Part shown: positions 51,849 to 61,220 of the stretch, piece by piece | Layout: each line of letters opens with the position of its first letter | Numbering within the stretch: the first letter of the stretch is position 1 | Assembly (NCBI GenBank): GCA_041663005.1 | Contig: JBAZRK010000001.1 | Coordinates: 93,360 to 157,359 of the forward strand | Length of the DNA stretch: 64,000 nt | Direction of reading: 5' to 3' | Origin: Minisyncoccota bacterium | Lineage (GTDB): Bacteria > Patescibacteriota > Minisyncoccia > Phycocordibacterales > UBA9973 | Notes under the pieces: model-generated | Seen by the model: only the letters and a program-made list of their open reading frames with translations | What the model was told of the DNA's origin: nothing | Database searches by the model: none | Program-made: the position numbers and the translations under genes

Positions 51849-53541
51849 TTTTTCTCTTCGGTCCAGAATAGTGGTATTTTGTATCATACTGTTTTCGGGC
51901 GCGCTTCTAACGAAGCTTTTTTGGGTGCAGGTGGTCCACGGCGACTATTATTCCGGTGAGGCGGACAGACAGTACGTGACTCCGTCCACGGACATTTACG
52001 AAAGAGGCACGATTTATTTCCAGCGTAAAGATGGCGAGCTAATCTCGGCAGCAACGCAGGTGTCGGGCTTCAAACTGGCTGTGAATCCTGTGAAGATTGC
52101 GAATGCGGAAGATGCGTATGAGAAAATAAATAAAATATTTCCACTTGAACGCGCAGATTTTATCGCCAAGGCCGCTAAATCGAACGACCCTTACGAAGAA
52201 GTTGGTTCTCGCTTAACTAAAGAGGAAGCGGACAAAGTCTCGGGGCTCAAGATAGCAGGGGTGAGCGTTTTTAAGGAAAAGTGGCGTTTTTACGCCGGAG
52301 AAAGTTTGGCTTCGCACGTGCTGGGGTTCGTAGGCTTCAAGGGGGACGAGCTGGGCGGCCGTTATGGACTTGAGCGACAATATGATTCTCTCCTTTCACG
52401 CGGAGTGAACGAGCCGTATGTAAATTTCTTCGCGGAAGTTTTTTCAAATATTAAAAAAAGTTTAAATGAAGATAACAAGGAAGGGGATATAATAACAACG
52501 ATTGAACCTCAAGTGCAAGCCTTTCTTGAAAGCAAACTTGACGAAGTTAGATTGAAATACCCCGTTGATAGTATCGGCGGTATCATTATGAACCCTAAAG
52601 ACGGTTCCATATACGCTATGGCGGCGATGCCAGATTTTGACCCGAACAAATTTTCAGAAGCGGAAAACAATTTTGTTTTTACCAATCCGTTGGTAGAAAA
52701 TGTACTAGAATTTGGCTCCGTGGTTAAGCCTCTGGTTATGGCCGGAGCGCTAGACGCCGGAGTGGTGACCGCCAAGACAACTTACACCGACACGGGCTCG
52801 GTGATAGTGGAGAAAAAGGAAATATTCAATTTCGATAAAAAGGGTCGCGGTCCGGGTACAACGATGCAGGATGTTTTAAACCAATCCCTAAACACCGGAA
52901 TGGTTTTCGTTGAGAAAAAGTTAGGGAAGGAAAAAATGAAAAATTACCTTTTAGGTTTCGGCATCCGAGATAAAACAGACATAGACCTGCCCAATGAAAC
53001 CAGTGGACTTGTCTCAGGAATTTTAAATAGCCCTCGTGAAATAGAGTATGCGAACGCTGCTTTTGGACAGGGAATCGCTTTAACACCCATAGAGCTTGTC
53101 CGGGCGCTGGCTTCACTCGGGAACGGTGGTTTACTGGTAAAGCCTCACGTAGTGGATAAAATAAAATACAGCGATGGCACGGAGAAAAAAATGACTTATC
53201 CATCTACGGCTACTAATATTACGGCTGCTACTTCCGAGGAAATCACGCGAATGCTTGTAACCGTTATGGATAAGGGTGTTGGAAAACCGCTTGAGCATTT
53301 TAGTGTTGCAGTGAAGACGGGTACGGCGCAAGTTGCGGATAATGTTTCTGGCGGATATTATAAGGACAAGCATACGCATTCTTTTGTCGGTTACTTCCCG
53401 GCGTATGACCCACAGTTTATAATTCTCTTGTATGCAGTAAATCCAACTGGTACACCGTATGCGGTTACGACCTGGGGTGATCCATTTCTTGACACTACCA
53501 AGTTTCTCTTAAATTATTATAATATTCCGCCCGACAGATAA
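51838..53541 (+). CDS. ftsI: penicillin-binding protein transpeptidase (FtsI/PBP2 class B)
   Basis: N-terminal TM anchor. Motifs SVVKP (SxxK), SLNTG (SxN) and KTGTA (KTG). Confidence 0.8.
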   Translation: MKSSFSLRSRIVVFCIILFSGALLTKLFWVQVVHGDYYSGEADRQYVTPSTDIYERGTIYFQRKDGELISAATQVSGFKLAVNPVKIANAEDAYEKINKIFPLERADFIAKAAKSNDPYEEVGSRLTKEEADKVSGLKIAGVSVFKEKWRFYAGESLASHVLGFVGFKGDELGGRYGLERQYDSLLSRGVNEPYVNFFAEVFSNIKKSLNEDNKEGDIITTIEPQVQAFLESKLDEVRLKYPVDSIGGIIMNPKDGSIYAMAAMPDFDPNKFSEAENNFVFTNPLVENVLEFGSVVKPLVMAGALDAGVVTAKTTYTDTGSVIVEKKEIFNFDKKGRGPGTTMQDVLNQSLNTGMVFVEKKLGKEKMKNYLLGFGIRDKTDIDLPNETSGLVSGILNSPREIEYANAAFGQGIALTPIELVRALASLGNGGLLVKPHVVDKIKYSDGTEKKMTYPSTATNITAATSEEITRMLVTVMDKGVGKPLEHFSVAVKTGTAQVADNVSGGYYKDKHTHSFVGYFPAYDPQFIILLYAVNPTGTPYAVTTWGDPFLDTTKFLLNYYNIPPDR

Positions 53542-53560
53542 TTACCCACAAGTCCGACTT

Positions 53561-54877
53561 GTGGGAAGAAATATGAAAACATTTTTTAAAAAAATACTTA
53601 CATATGTTTTAAAAACAGAATCCCGCCTGGTGTTGTGGAAATACAAGCCGCGGGTTATTGCCATTACCGGTTCCGTGGGGAAAACTTCCACAAAAGATGC
53701 AGTCTATGCCGTGCTGTCGGATCTTTCCTATGTTCGGAAAAGCGAGAAGAGTTTCAATTCTGAGATTGGCTTGCCCCTCTCAGTGCTCGGTATTCCAAAT
53801 GGCTGGAACAATCCAATTTCCTGGATTCTAAATATTCTCCGCGGGTTGTGGTTATTTATTTGGCCACATAAATATCCGAAATGGCTGGTGCTTGAGGTGG
53901 GTGTCGGCAAGCCTGGGGATATGGAGAAAACGGCTCTCTGGCTTAAAACCGATGCGGTGATAATCACGACAATAGGCGAGACGCCGGTGCATATAGAATT
54001 TTTCGAATCGCGAAAACATTTGATAGAAGAAAAAGCCGCGCTAATAAAAACTTTGAAACCGGACGGCTTGCTCGTCCTAAATAGGGACGATGAAACGGTG
54101 ATAGAAATGAAAGGCAGGACCAGGAACCGCTGTGTGACTTTCGGCTTCAGCGAAGGATCTGATATTCGCGGCTCGAGCGACAACATTTCTTACAATGAAA
54201 AAAACGAGCCTGAAGGAATAATTTTCCGTGTGGATGCCGAGGGTAAAAGTTTACCCGTGGTCATTGATGGCGTCTTCGGACGGAATCATGTCTATGCTTC
54301 GCTGTCGGCCTTGGCGCTTGCTTCAGGACTTAAATTAAATATTTTATCCGCTGCCGATTCGCTAAGAAACTATGATGTACCGCCGGGTAGAATGCGACTC
54401 CTGAAAGGCATAAAAAGCTCTCTCATTGTTGACGACACCTACAATTCCTCGCCTTTTGCTTGTGAGTCGGCGCTCCGAACACTAGGGCAAGTAAAGTGCC
54501 GCATTGAAGGCTGTCGCAAGGTTGCAGTGCTCGGGGATATGCTCGAGCTTGGCAAACATACTATAGAGGCACATAAAAATGTGGGCAAACTTGCCAGAGA
54601 TAGTGCTGAGGTACTAATTGTTGTGGGGCCCCGAGCGAAAAATATTAAAGAAGGTGCACTTGAGACGGGAATGAAGGACGATCAGATCTTTGAATTTACG
54701 GACTCCAGAGAAGTGGGAGAATTCCTTAAAACTTTCATCAAGAAAAATGACATCGTGCTTATCAAAGGCTCACAAGGGATGCGAATGGAGCGCGCCGTGG
54801 AAGCAATACTCCTCGAACAAGACAGTAAAAAAATGCTCCTAGTCCGCCAAGACAAAGAATGGTTAGATAAAAAATAA
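53561..54877 (+). CDS. murF: Mur ligase family protein (probably MurF, UDP-MurNAc-tripeptide--D-Ala-D-Ala ligase)
   Basis: P-loop AITGSVGKTSTKD, which is the MurF-like GSxGKTxTK variant, plus the Mur ligase central and C-terminal domains. Confidence 0.6.
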   Translation: MGRNMKTFFKKILTYVLKTESRLVLWKYKPRVIAITGSVGKTSTKDAVYAVLSDLSYVRKSEKSFNSEIGLPLSVLGIPNGWNNPISWILNILRGLWLFIWPHKYPKWLVLEVGVGKPGDMEKTALWLKTDAVIITTIGETPVHIEFFESRKHLIEEKAALIKTLKPDGLLVLNRDDETVIEMKGRTRNRCVTFGFSEGSDIRGSSDNISYNEKNEPEGIIFRVDAEGKSLPVVIDGVFGRNHVYASLSALALASGLKLNILSAADSLRNYDVPPGRMRLLKGIKSSLIVDDTYNSSPFACESALRTLGQVKCRIEGCRKVAVLGDMLELGKHTIEAHKNVGKLARDSAEVLIVVGPRAKNIKEGALETGMKDDQIFEFTDSREVGEFLKTFIKKNDIVLIKGSQGMRMERAVEAILLEQDSKKMLLVRQDKEWLDKK

Positions 54878-54957
54878 TTCTTACTGAAATTTTACAGTAC
54901 CTGGCATTTTGACAATCCTTTTTAAAGAGTATAATTGTTGCTGGATAGAAAGGAGAC

Positions 54958-55245
54958 ATGATGATTCTCGAGATCGCAACGTACCATTCGGTTTTCAGCG
55001 TGTTCGTCAATAGTAGTAAAATCACTATGGTGTTGTCGCAAGCAGAAGTAGACAACATCCGCATGGAATACTGGAAAGGGGATTTTACTATTCACGGTAG
55101 TAGGATTACCGTGTTTGGCACAAGTCCGACGATGTGCCAGGTGAGGGCGAGTCGGATTTTCTGGGCCGTTGAAAAGGCGGCCGAGGATAAAGACAATCAC
55201 GCTGAACTGAGCCCTGTGCTCCCGGAGTTGCTGGTTACCGGATAA
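54958..55245 (+). CDS. hypothetical small protein
   Basis: 95-aa ORF with a plausible start context. No motif. Confidence 0.35.
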   Translation: MMILEIATYHSVFSVFVNSSKITMVLSQAEVDNIRMEYWKGDFTIHGSRITVFGTSPTMCQVRASRIFWAVEKAAEDKDNHAELSPVLPELLVTG

Positions 55246-55349
55246 AAACCAGCAGCACTTTCAATTTCATTTTGACACTATGCCTAAAATTTTCTTATAA
55301 ATTTAAAATTTCCGAATATTCGGACGTCCAACGTCCGAATGAGTTGATT

Positions 55350-55535
55350 TTACAAGGATATTTTGGCTTTGAGTTTTTTGAAAAGATGCGTTACCTTTCT
55401 TCTCCCGAATATCCAAACTAATCCGAGCACCACGAGAAAAGTGCTCCCAGGGATAGGGAGTATGTATGAGGCCAACCCCACAACGATCAGAAGTACACCA
55501 AGAATTGCGTGATGGTGTTCCGTTTTTATTATCAT
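55350..55535 (-). CDS. hypothetical small membrane protein (61 aa)
   Basis: Two hydrophobic helices. Confidence 0.3.
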   Translation of the reverse strand: MIIKTEHHHAILGVLLIVVGLASYILPIPGSTFLVVLGLVWIFGRRKVTHLFKKLKAKISL

Positions 55536-55594
55536 GGACCTATTTTAACACAAGTATTAATTTATAGTTGAGGTTAATGTGATAAAATAGATTT

Positions 55595-56422
55595 ATGAAA
55601 AAGACAGCCTTAGTGGAATCCGGCGGAGGTATGGCAGCTTGCTACATAGCTGGAGCTACGTACGCGATATCAAAAAATTTCAACTCTTTTAAACCCGATA
55701 TGGTCATCGGCGGGTCGGGGAGCACCGGCACGCTGTCTTACTATGTTGCCGGGCAGACAGAATCTATTAAAAATATTTGGCTCAATCTACTATGCAATAA
55801 GAAATTCATAAACCCTTTTCGGTTCTGGCGCGTCATAGACATAGACTATTTAATTGATGTGGTGTTTAAAAAAGAGGATACTTTGGCGGAAGAAAATATC
55901 TATCAATCCAATATTGAATACCTCATCTCTACTACGAATCATAAAACCCGCAAATTGGAATACTTCTCTAATAAGAAGAAAGAAAATGTTTTTGAATCAA
56001 TGCGAGCCAGTATGGCTATGCCCGTGGCATTTAATAAATATATTAGGATTAACCACAAAGAATATTGCGACACAATTGTTTCTGCTTCTGTAAAACTAAA
56101 CATAGAACAAGCGCTCAAGCTAGGCGCGGAGAAAATTATAGTTGTCAGTGTCGATGATTTACACACAAGTAAATTTACCGATTTCTTTTACAATATGTGG
56201 CTTAAGGTGCAAAGCAAGAAATTTCTTAAAAATTACCAGAAAGAAGAAGCCGAAACATATGTTATTCCGGAAAATGTGAAAATTTTACGCATTGAACCGC
56301 GCAAAAAACTAAGTATTGGAACGCTTGGGAATACGAGAGAATTATTGGCGAGAACTTTTGCCCATGGGTACAGAGATGTCCTTAGGAACGAGCTATTGCG
56401 AGAATTTTTGCTTTCGGATTAA
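55595..56422 (+). CDS. patatin-like phospholipase
   Basis: Oxyanion-hole motif ESGGGMAA and nucleophile elbow GGSGSTG, with a downstream Asp. Confidence 0.6.
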   Translation: MKKTALVESGGGMAACYIAGATYAISKNFNSFKPDMVIGGSGSTGTLSYYVAGQTESIKNIWLNLLCNKKFINPFRFWRVIDIDYLIDVVFKKEDTLAEENIYQSNIEYLISTTNHKTRKLEYFSNKKKENVFESMRASMAMPVAFNKYIRINHKEYCDTIVSASVKLNIEQALKLGAEKIIVVSVDDLHTSKFTDFFYNMWLKVQSKKFLKNYQKEEAETYVIPENVKILRIEPRKKLSIGTLGNTRELLARTFAHGYRDVLRNELLREFLLSD

Positions 56423-56428
56423 TCAGGT

Positions 56429-57634
56429 CTAGATTTGCAACAGGTCGGCGATGTAGTCTACGTCCTTATCTCCTCGGCCAGAGAGATTTACAATTATGAT
56501 TTTCTCCCTGCTTAAGGTGGGCGCAAGTTTGATTGCTTCTGCTACGGCATGTGCACTCTCGAGTGCCGGGATAATTCCTTCGACTCTCGAGAGTTCCTTG
56601 AAGGCATTGAGCGCTTCGTTGTCAGAAATTGAAGTGTATCTCACCCTAGATATATCTTTGAGGTACGAGTGTAATGGTCCGACGCCAGGGTAGTCCAAGC
56701 CCGAAGCTATCGAGTGGACGGCATCTGGTTCACCATTTTTATTTTGAAGAACCATAGTTTTCATCCCGTGTATTACCCCGAGTGTGCCGTGAGTTATAGT
56801 AGCAGCATGGTCGCCGACCTTGTGTCCTCGTCCTGCGGGTTCAACTCCTACCAACTGCACAGGGTCATCTAGAAATTCATTAAAGAGACCTATTGCGTTT
56901 GATCCGCCGCCGACGCACGCAATGGCATAGTCTGGGAGCCTATTCTCCCGAATGAGTATTTGCTTCTTAGCTTCTTTGCCGACGACTGACTGAAAGTCGC
57001 GCACTATCATCGGGTAGGGATGAGGCCCGACGACAGAACCAATGGCGAAGAAAGTATCGTGATACTCTTCCATAAACTTCGCAAAAGCGCTGTCCACAGC
57101 ATCCTTCAAGCATTTGCCTCCCGAGTTCACCTCCACAACTTTCGCCCCGAGAAGCTTCATCCGAATCACGTTCGGGTGCTGCTTGGCAATATCTATTGAC
57201 CCCATATGAATTTCGCACTCGAGGCCAACCAGTGCGGCTGCTGTGGCGAGGGCGACGCCGTGCTGGCCAGCGCCTGTCTCCGCTAGTAACTTCTTTTTAC
57301 CCATTCTTTTCGCAAGCAAGGCTTCGCCGATACAGTGATTTATTTTGTGTGCCCCGGTGTGGTTCAGATCTTCTCTCTTTAGGTAAATTTTTGCGCCACC
57401 GAGCTTTTCTGTTAGGTTCCTGGCGAAGTAGAGCGGGGAAGGCCGACCCACATAATTTTTCAGCAATTCCGTTAGCTCGTTTTTGAAGGTTGGGTCGTCC
57501 TTGGCTACTTCATACGCTTCGGCAATTTCTTTTAGTGGCTCTACCAATTGCGGAGGAATAAAGCTTCCGCCGAATTCTCCGTAGTACCCATTTTTATCCG
57601 GTAAGTTTTTTAATGATTTGGTTTGTGTTTGCAT
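56429..57634 (-). CDS. trpB: tryptophan synthase beta chain (stand-alone; no trpA adjacent)
   Basis: [12 protein letters not shown], the PLP-lysine motif [11 protein letters not shown], and GSGGSNAIG-like [10 protein letters not shown]. Confidence 0.85.
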   Translation of the reverse strand: MQTQTKSLKNLPDKNGYYGEFGGSFIPPQLVEPLKEIAEAYEVAKDDPTFKNELTELLKNYVGRPSPLYFARNLTEKLGGAKIYLKREDLNHTGAHKINHCIGEALLAKRMGKKKLLAETGAGQHGVALATAAALVGLECEIHMGSIDIAKQHPNVIRMKLLGAKVVEVNSGGKCLKDAVDSAFAKFMEEYHDTFFAIGSVVGPHPYPMIVRDFQSVVGKEAKKQILIRENRLPDYAIACVGGGSNAIGLFNEFLDDPVQLVGVEPAGRGHKVGDHAATITHGTLGVIHGMKTMVLQNKNGEPDAVHSIASGLDYPGVGPLHSYLKDISRVRYTSISDNEALNAFKELSRVEGIIPALESAHAVAEAIKLAPTLSREKIIIVNLSGRGDKDVDYIADLLQI

Positions 57635-58157
57635 ATAATTTTTCTAAATTTGTAATCTTAAAAACTCGAACGAGCTTGGTTCGCCAGAATTCAGTGCAAT
57701 GATGTTTAAAGATAAATTTGTTCATAAAATACAAAATAAAAGCCCACAACTTAAGTGGGTGCGTGTTGCTTATTCTTTAGAGTTAATTATAAATACAACA
57801 AAGGCTACCCACTTATGTGAGTGAGCCACCAAGCTGTATTAAAATAATTAACCTTTCCTAACATGCTTTTATTATATAATGTTTAAAACAATTGGCAAGA
57901 GGCATATTTTTACTTGGGCAGGGGAGTTGGTTCTTCGGTAAAGAGTTGGAAAAATATTTGCAAGGCAGCGTGGAGTAGGAATACTTCGCATGCAAAGCGC
58001 ATGTGAGCCACAATAATTTGCTTACCGTCGTAAGCAAATGTGGTCACAAGTTACTAAATTTTTTACTTCATAAAATCGTAAAAAATATAAGTACTCGCGA
58101 CCCCGGCTCGCGATTGCGTGTGCTCATGCAATATCGCTGCGCCTTCACGGCGAAAAG

Positions 58158-58187
58158 CAAAAAACTCCACGCAGGTGGAGTTTTTTG
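58158..58187. terminator. bidirectional intrinsic terminator
   Basis: AAAAAA-CTCCAC-GCAG-GTGGAG-TTTTTT. Confidence 0.6.
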
Positions 58188-58193
58188 TCGCCG

Positions 58194-58265
58194 TGACCCT
58201 ACAGAGAATCGAACTCTGATTTTATCCTTGAGAAGGATACGTCCTAACCGTTAGACGATAGGGCC
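58194..58265 (-). tRNA. tRNA-Glu (anticodon CTC)
   Basis: Reverse complement GGCCCTATCGTCTAACGGTTAGGAC... The anticodon stem is TATCC/GGATA with loop TTCTCAA, T-arm CAGAG-TTCGATT-CTCTG. The first 25 nt are identical to tRNA-Glu(TTC) at 33806. Confidence 0.85.
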
Positions 58266-58347
58266 AGTAGGGGAAATATAACATTTTATTTTTTGTTTCG
58301 CCACAGTTTTCACTCAGAAATGCCATATTTGCTAGGCATTCTAGTGC

Positions 58348-58377
58348 TTGACTTTTGCCAATAAAATATGTTATAAT
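58348..58377 (+). promoter_or_regulatory. near-consensus sigma70 promoter (TTGACT-18-TATAAT, with TG extension)
   Basis: TTGACTTTTGCCAATAAAATATGTTATAAT. No protein gene lies downstream on the + strand before the rmuC stop. Confidence 0.45.
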
Positions 58378-58515
58378 ATATATGTCTGGGGTTGAGGTGT
58401 CCCGCCTGTTAGTGGCTATGGACGAACGGAACAACGAAGAACTATACCTCATATCCACGCCTCCCCCAGACAACCCCATCACCCGACGCAAGTTGGGCAT
58501 TTTTTTATTTATTTT

Positions 58516-59508
58516 TTAATCTTCGAGTCTTGGCTTTTCGACTTCGAGAAGATTTATCTCTGGGCTAGCGCCGGCAATTTTCAAAACATCTTTATCTATC
58601 TTTTTTAATTCTTTATTCGACGCGTTGTAGTGGTTCACTACAGTGCCCAGGGCGTTTCCAAGTTTGGTGTGATATTCATCGTAGGATTTCAAATGTTTGC
58701 CGAGGTCTTCAACTTTTTTAATTATTTCTTTTGCCGACTCCTCAATTTTAAAAGCTTTAAATCCGTAGAGTACGGACTGGAGGTAGGCCATAAAGGTCGT
58801 CGGAGAAATTACTATGACTTTCTTCTCGTTGTAAGCGTAGTCTATGAGGTTCCTGGTGTTTACTTTTATTGAGCCCACTTCGTTCACCAGGAGATCGTAA
58901 TAAATAGCTTCCGCGGGAATATACATAAAGGCGAAGGGGAGAGTACCTTCTTCTGGGCGGACGTATTTTGCAGTTTCGTCGATGCGCTTTTTTAAATCGC
59001 TTTTGAATTCCTTCTCGAGTTCTTCTCTTTGCCTGTCGTCCATAGCGTGGACCACGCGGTCGTAGTTGTCGAGCGAGAACTTGGCGTCGATAGGGATGAT
59101 GCCTTCTTTGGTTATTATCGCAGCGTCCACCACTTCTTTATTCTTAAATTCATATTGCATCTTGAATTGCCCGGGCGCGAGAGTGTTCGAAAGTATGAGC
59201 TCGAGCGAAGCTTCCCCCCAGTTGCCGCGCTGTTTCTGATGTTTTAAAGTTTTTTCCAAGTCTCCCAATTTATCTGCAATAGTTATGAATTGCCTAGTGG
59301 CTTCGTTGGTCTTCGTTTGTTCACGAGCTACCTCGACTAAATTTTTATTTACTTCACGAGTAAGCTCAGCCATTTGCTGCTGGAGCATCAGGAGCGCCGG
59401 GCTGTCCTCATTCTTCGTCTCAGGTTCCTCCTTTTTTTTATTAAAAATAAAATAGGCTAAAACTCCGCCAATAACCAAACCTAGAATTATTCCTCCCAAA
59501 TTTTCCAT
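58516..59508 (-). CDS. rmuC: DNA recombination protein RmuC
   Basis: N-terminal TM helix, long coiled coil, and the conserved RmuC C-terminal domain (YIPAEAIYYDLL...). Confidence 0.8.
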   Translation of the reverse strand: MENLGGIILGLVIGGVLAYFIFNKKKEEPETKNEDSPALLMLQQQMAELTREVNKNLVEVAREQTKTNEATRQFITIADKLGDLEKTLKHQKQRGNWGEASLELILSNTLAPGQFKMQYEFKNKEVVDAAIITKEGIIPIDAKFSLDNYDRVVHAMDDRQREELEKEFKSDLKKRIDETAKYVRPEEGTLPFAFMYIPAEAIYYDLLVNEVGSIKVNTRNLIDYAYNEKKVIVISPTTFMAYLQSVLYGFKAFKIEESAKEIIKKVEDLGKHLKSYDEYHTKLGNALGTVVNHYNASNKELKKIDKDVLKIAGASPEINLLEVEKPRLED

Positions 59509-59564
59509 AAATATATTTTAGCATAAAAAGGAAAGCCACGGGTGAGCGCGGCTCCCCGTGGCGA

Positions 59565-59807
59565 TTACTTCTTTTTTCCCCCGTGTCGTGAGCGAACCCC
59601 GAACACGAGGGGCGACCACTCTGCGGAATCCAGGAGCTCGTAGCCCCTCGATTCGAGCTCGTCGGAAATGTACTTGGTCAGAGTACCATTACCGAGCCGA
59701 AGCCCCGGCTCAAGACCGAAGCTTACCACACAATGCCCACCCTTCATCAGGTGGGCTTCCGTGAAGTGGTTGTTGTTCCCCTCCACGGCCAGCCAGAATT
59801 TCTTCAT
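59565..59807 (-). CDS. hypothetical small protein (80 aa)
   Basis: Clean ORF with a plausible start. No motif. Confidence 0.4.
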   Translation of the reverse strand: MKKFWLAVEGNNNHFTEAHLMKGGHCVVSFGLEPGLRLGNGTLTKYISDELESRGYELLDSAEWSPLVFGVRSRHGGKKK

Positions 59808-59889
59808 CTGGCCCTCCCGGCGCAGTTAAGCGCCAAATTAGACTCCAATATGGTATTATACACGAAAAAGCCGTTTTGTCAATCTAGGC

Positions 59890-60648
59890 TTATTTTTCCA
59901 GGTAATGTTTGAGGGTGTAAATCCAGTCTTCTTCCATTTGGCCGCTTTCGAGCTTCTGGGCTAGGAGCCACTCCAGGTAGCCGCGGTCGGTGGCACAAAC
60001 TTCTTCGAGCGTCTTGCCGTTGTGTTTGCCGAAGTTGATGGTTCGGAAGATGGATGGGTGCGAAGATATGTCTATCATTTTTGCTATCGCATCTGCTTCT
60101 GTTAACTCTTTCCCGACGCTTGCGGTCGGGACCCCGACCTCTCCGAGCGTCGGGGCTTTTATTATTTTATTTTTAAGTCTGTCGAAAAGTTTCTCGAGCA
60201 CGAGCACATCACCCAGAGCATCGTGTGCTGTGGCTTCGACGTCTAGGTCGAGCAAGTAGCGGAGATATTGCAAATTGTAGCGTTCAATTTTGCCCTCTTT
60301 GTCGAGTTCGCGAGCTACCCGAAGCGTGCAGATGAAATTCTTAGGATTTATGTCTTCGCGGGCCATTATCATCAGGTCGAACTGGGCGTTGTGGGCTACG
60401 ACGACAGAATTTGCGTCCTCAAAAAGCTTTTTAATGATGGGTTGATCGGTGCTTTCTTTGAAGGTAGGCTTGTTCTCTACCATTTTGTTCGTGATGTGGT
60501 GGACCGCGGAAGCTTCGGGGGGAATTTTTACCGGGGGTTTATAGAGTTCGTTAAAAGATGCATCTCCGGTTTTGTAAGCGAGCTGCACTAGGAAATCTTT
60601 TTCAGTATTTCCGGTTGTTTCCGTATCGAAAAATACAAGTTTCTTCAT
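59890..60648 (-). CDS. DEDDh 3'-5' exonuclease (DnaQ-like) with a C-terminal KHNGKTL...YLEWLL domain
   Basis: Exo motifs FFDTETTG, VAHNAQFD and HDALGD. The C-terminal FGKHNGKTLEEV...YLEWLL resembles a DUF3820-type tail. Confidence 0.65.
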   Translation of the reverse strand: MKKLVFFDTETTGNTEKDFLVQLAYKTGDASFNELYKPPVKIPPEASAVHHITNKMVENKPTFKESTDQPIIKKLFEDANSVVVAHNAQFDLMIMAREDINPKNFICTLRVARELDKEGKIERYNLQYLRYLLDLDVEATAHDALGDVLVLEKLFDRLKNKIIKAPTLGEVGVPTASVGKELTEADAIAKMIDISSHPSIFRTINFGKHNGKTLEEVCATDRGYLEWLLAQKLESGQMEEDWIYTLKHYLEK

Positions 60649-60770
60649 AGTGCTATTTTAGCACATTTCTGATAGAATAAATAAATTATAAAAATCAAAC
60701 TTTGCTGCGTTAGGTCATAAGGATAATGCTCTGGCAAAGTTTATTTTAGTAATTTATTCAATTTATTTAT

Positions 60771-61220
60771 ATGATTCACGAAGAAATAAAAAACAAAATA
60801 AAAGAAGCAATGATGGCGAAGGACAGCGTAGCGCTTGAAACGTACCGGGGTATGTCCGCGGCTTTTACTAATGACCTGGTAGCTCGGGGCAAGAAGCCGA
60901 ACGAGGTGCTGGCCGACGATGAAGCTCTGGCTGTCATTACCAAGATGAGCAAACAACGCAAGGACTCTATTGAGCAATTCCAAAAGGGGAACCGCGAAGA
61001 CTTAGTGAAGGCGGAGCAGGCTCAGCTGGCCATACTTGAGACATACTTGCCGAAGCTTATGGAGCGAGGGGAAGTTGAGAAAATAGCGAAGGCCAAGAAA
61101 GAAGAGCTTGGAATTGTCGACCCGGCAAAAAAGGGGATGCTTATGTCCGGACTAATGAAAGACCTCAAGGGCAAAGCGGACGGGACACTTGTTAAGGAAG
61201 TAGTAGACTCTTTATTTTAG
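60771..61220 (+). CDS. yqeY: GatB/YqeY-domain protein
   Basis: 149 aa, ending in GKADGTLVKEVVDSLF, typical of the YqeY family. Confidence 0.7.
   Translation: MIHEEIKNKIKEAMMAKDSVALETYRGMSAAFTNDLVARGKKPNEVLADDEALAVITKMSKQRKDSIEQFQKGNREDLVKAEQAQLAILETYLPKLMERGEVEKIAKAKKEELGIVDPAKKGMLMSGLMKDLKGKADGTLVKEVVDSLF

Noticed and set aside
58003-58500. ORFs 58003..58254 (+) and 58222..58500 (-)
   Set aside because: They overlap tRNA-Glu(CTC) and the terminator or promoter. There are no RBS and the translations are low-complexity. The region is better explained as non-coding.
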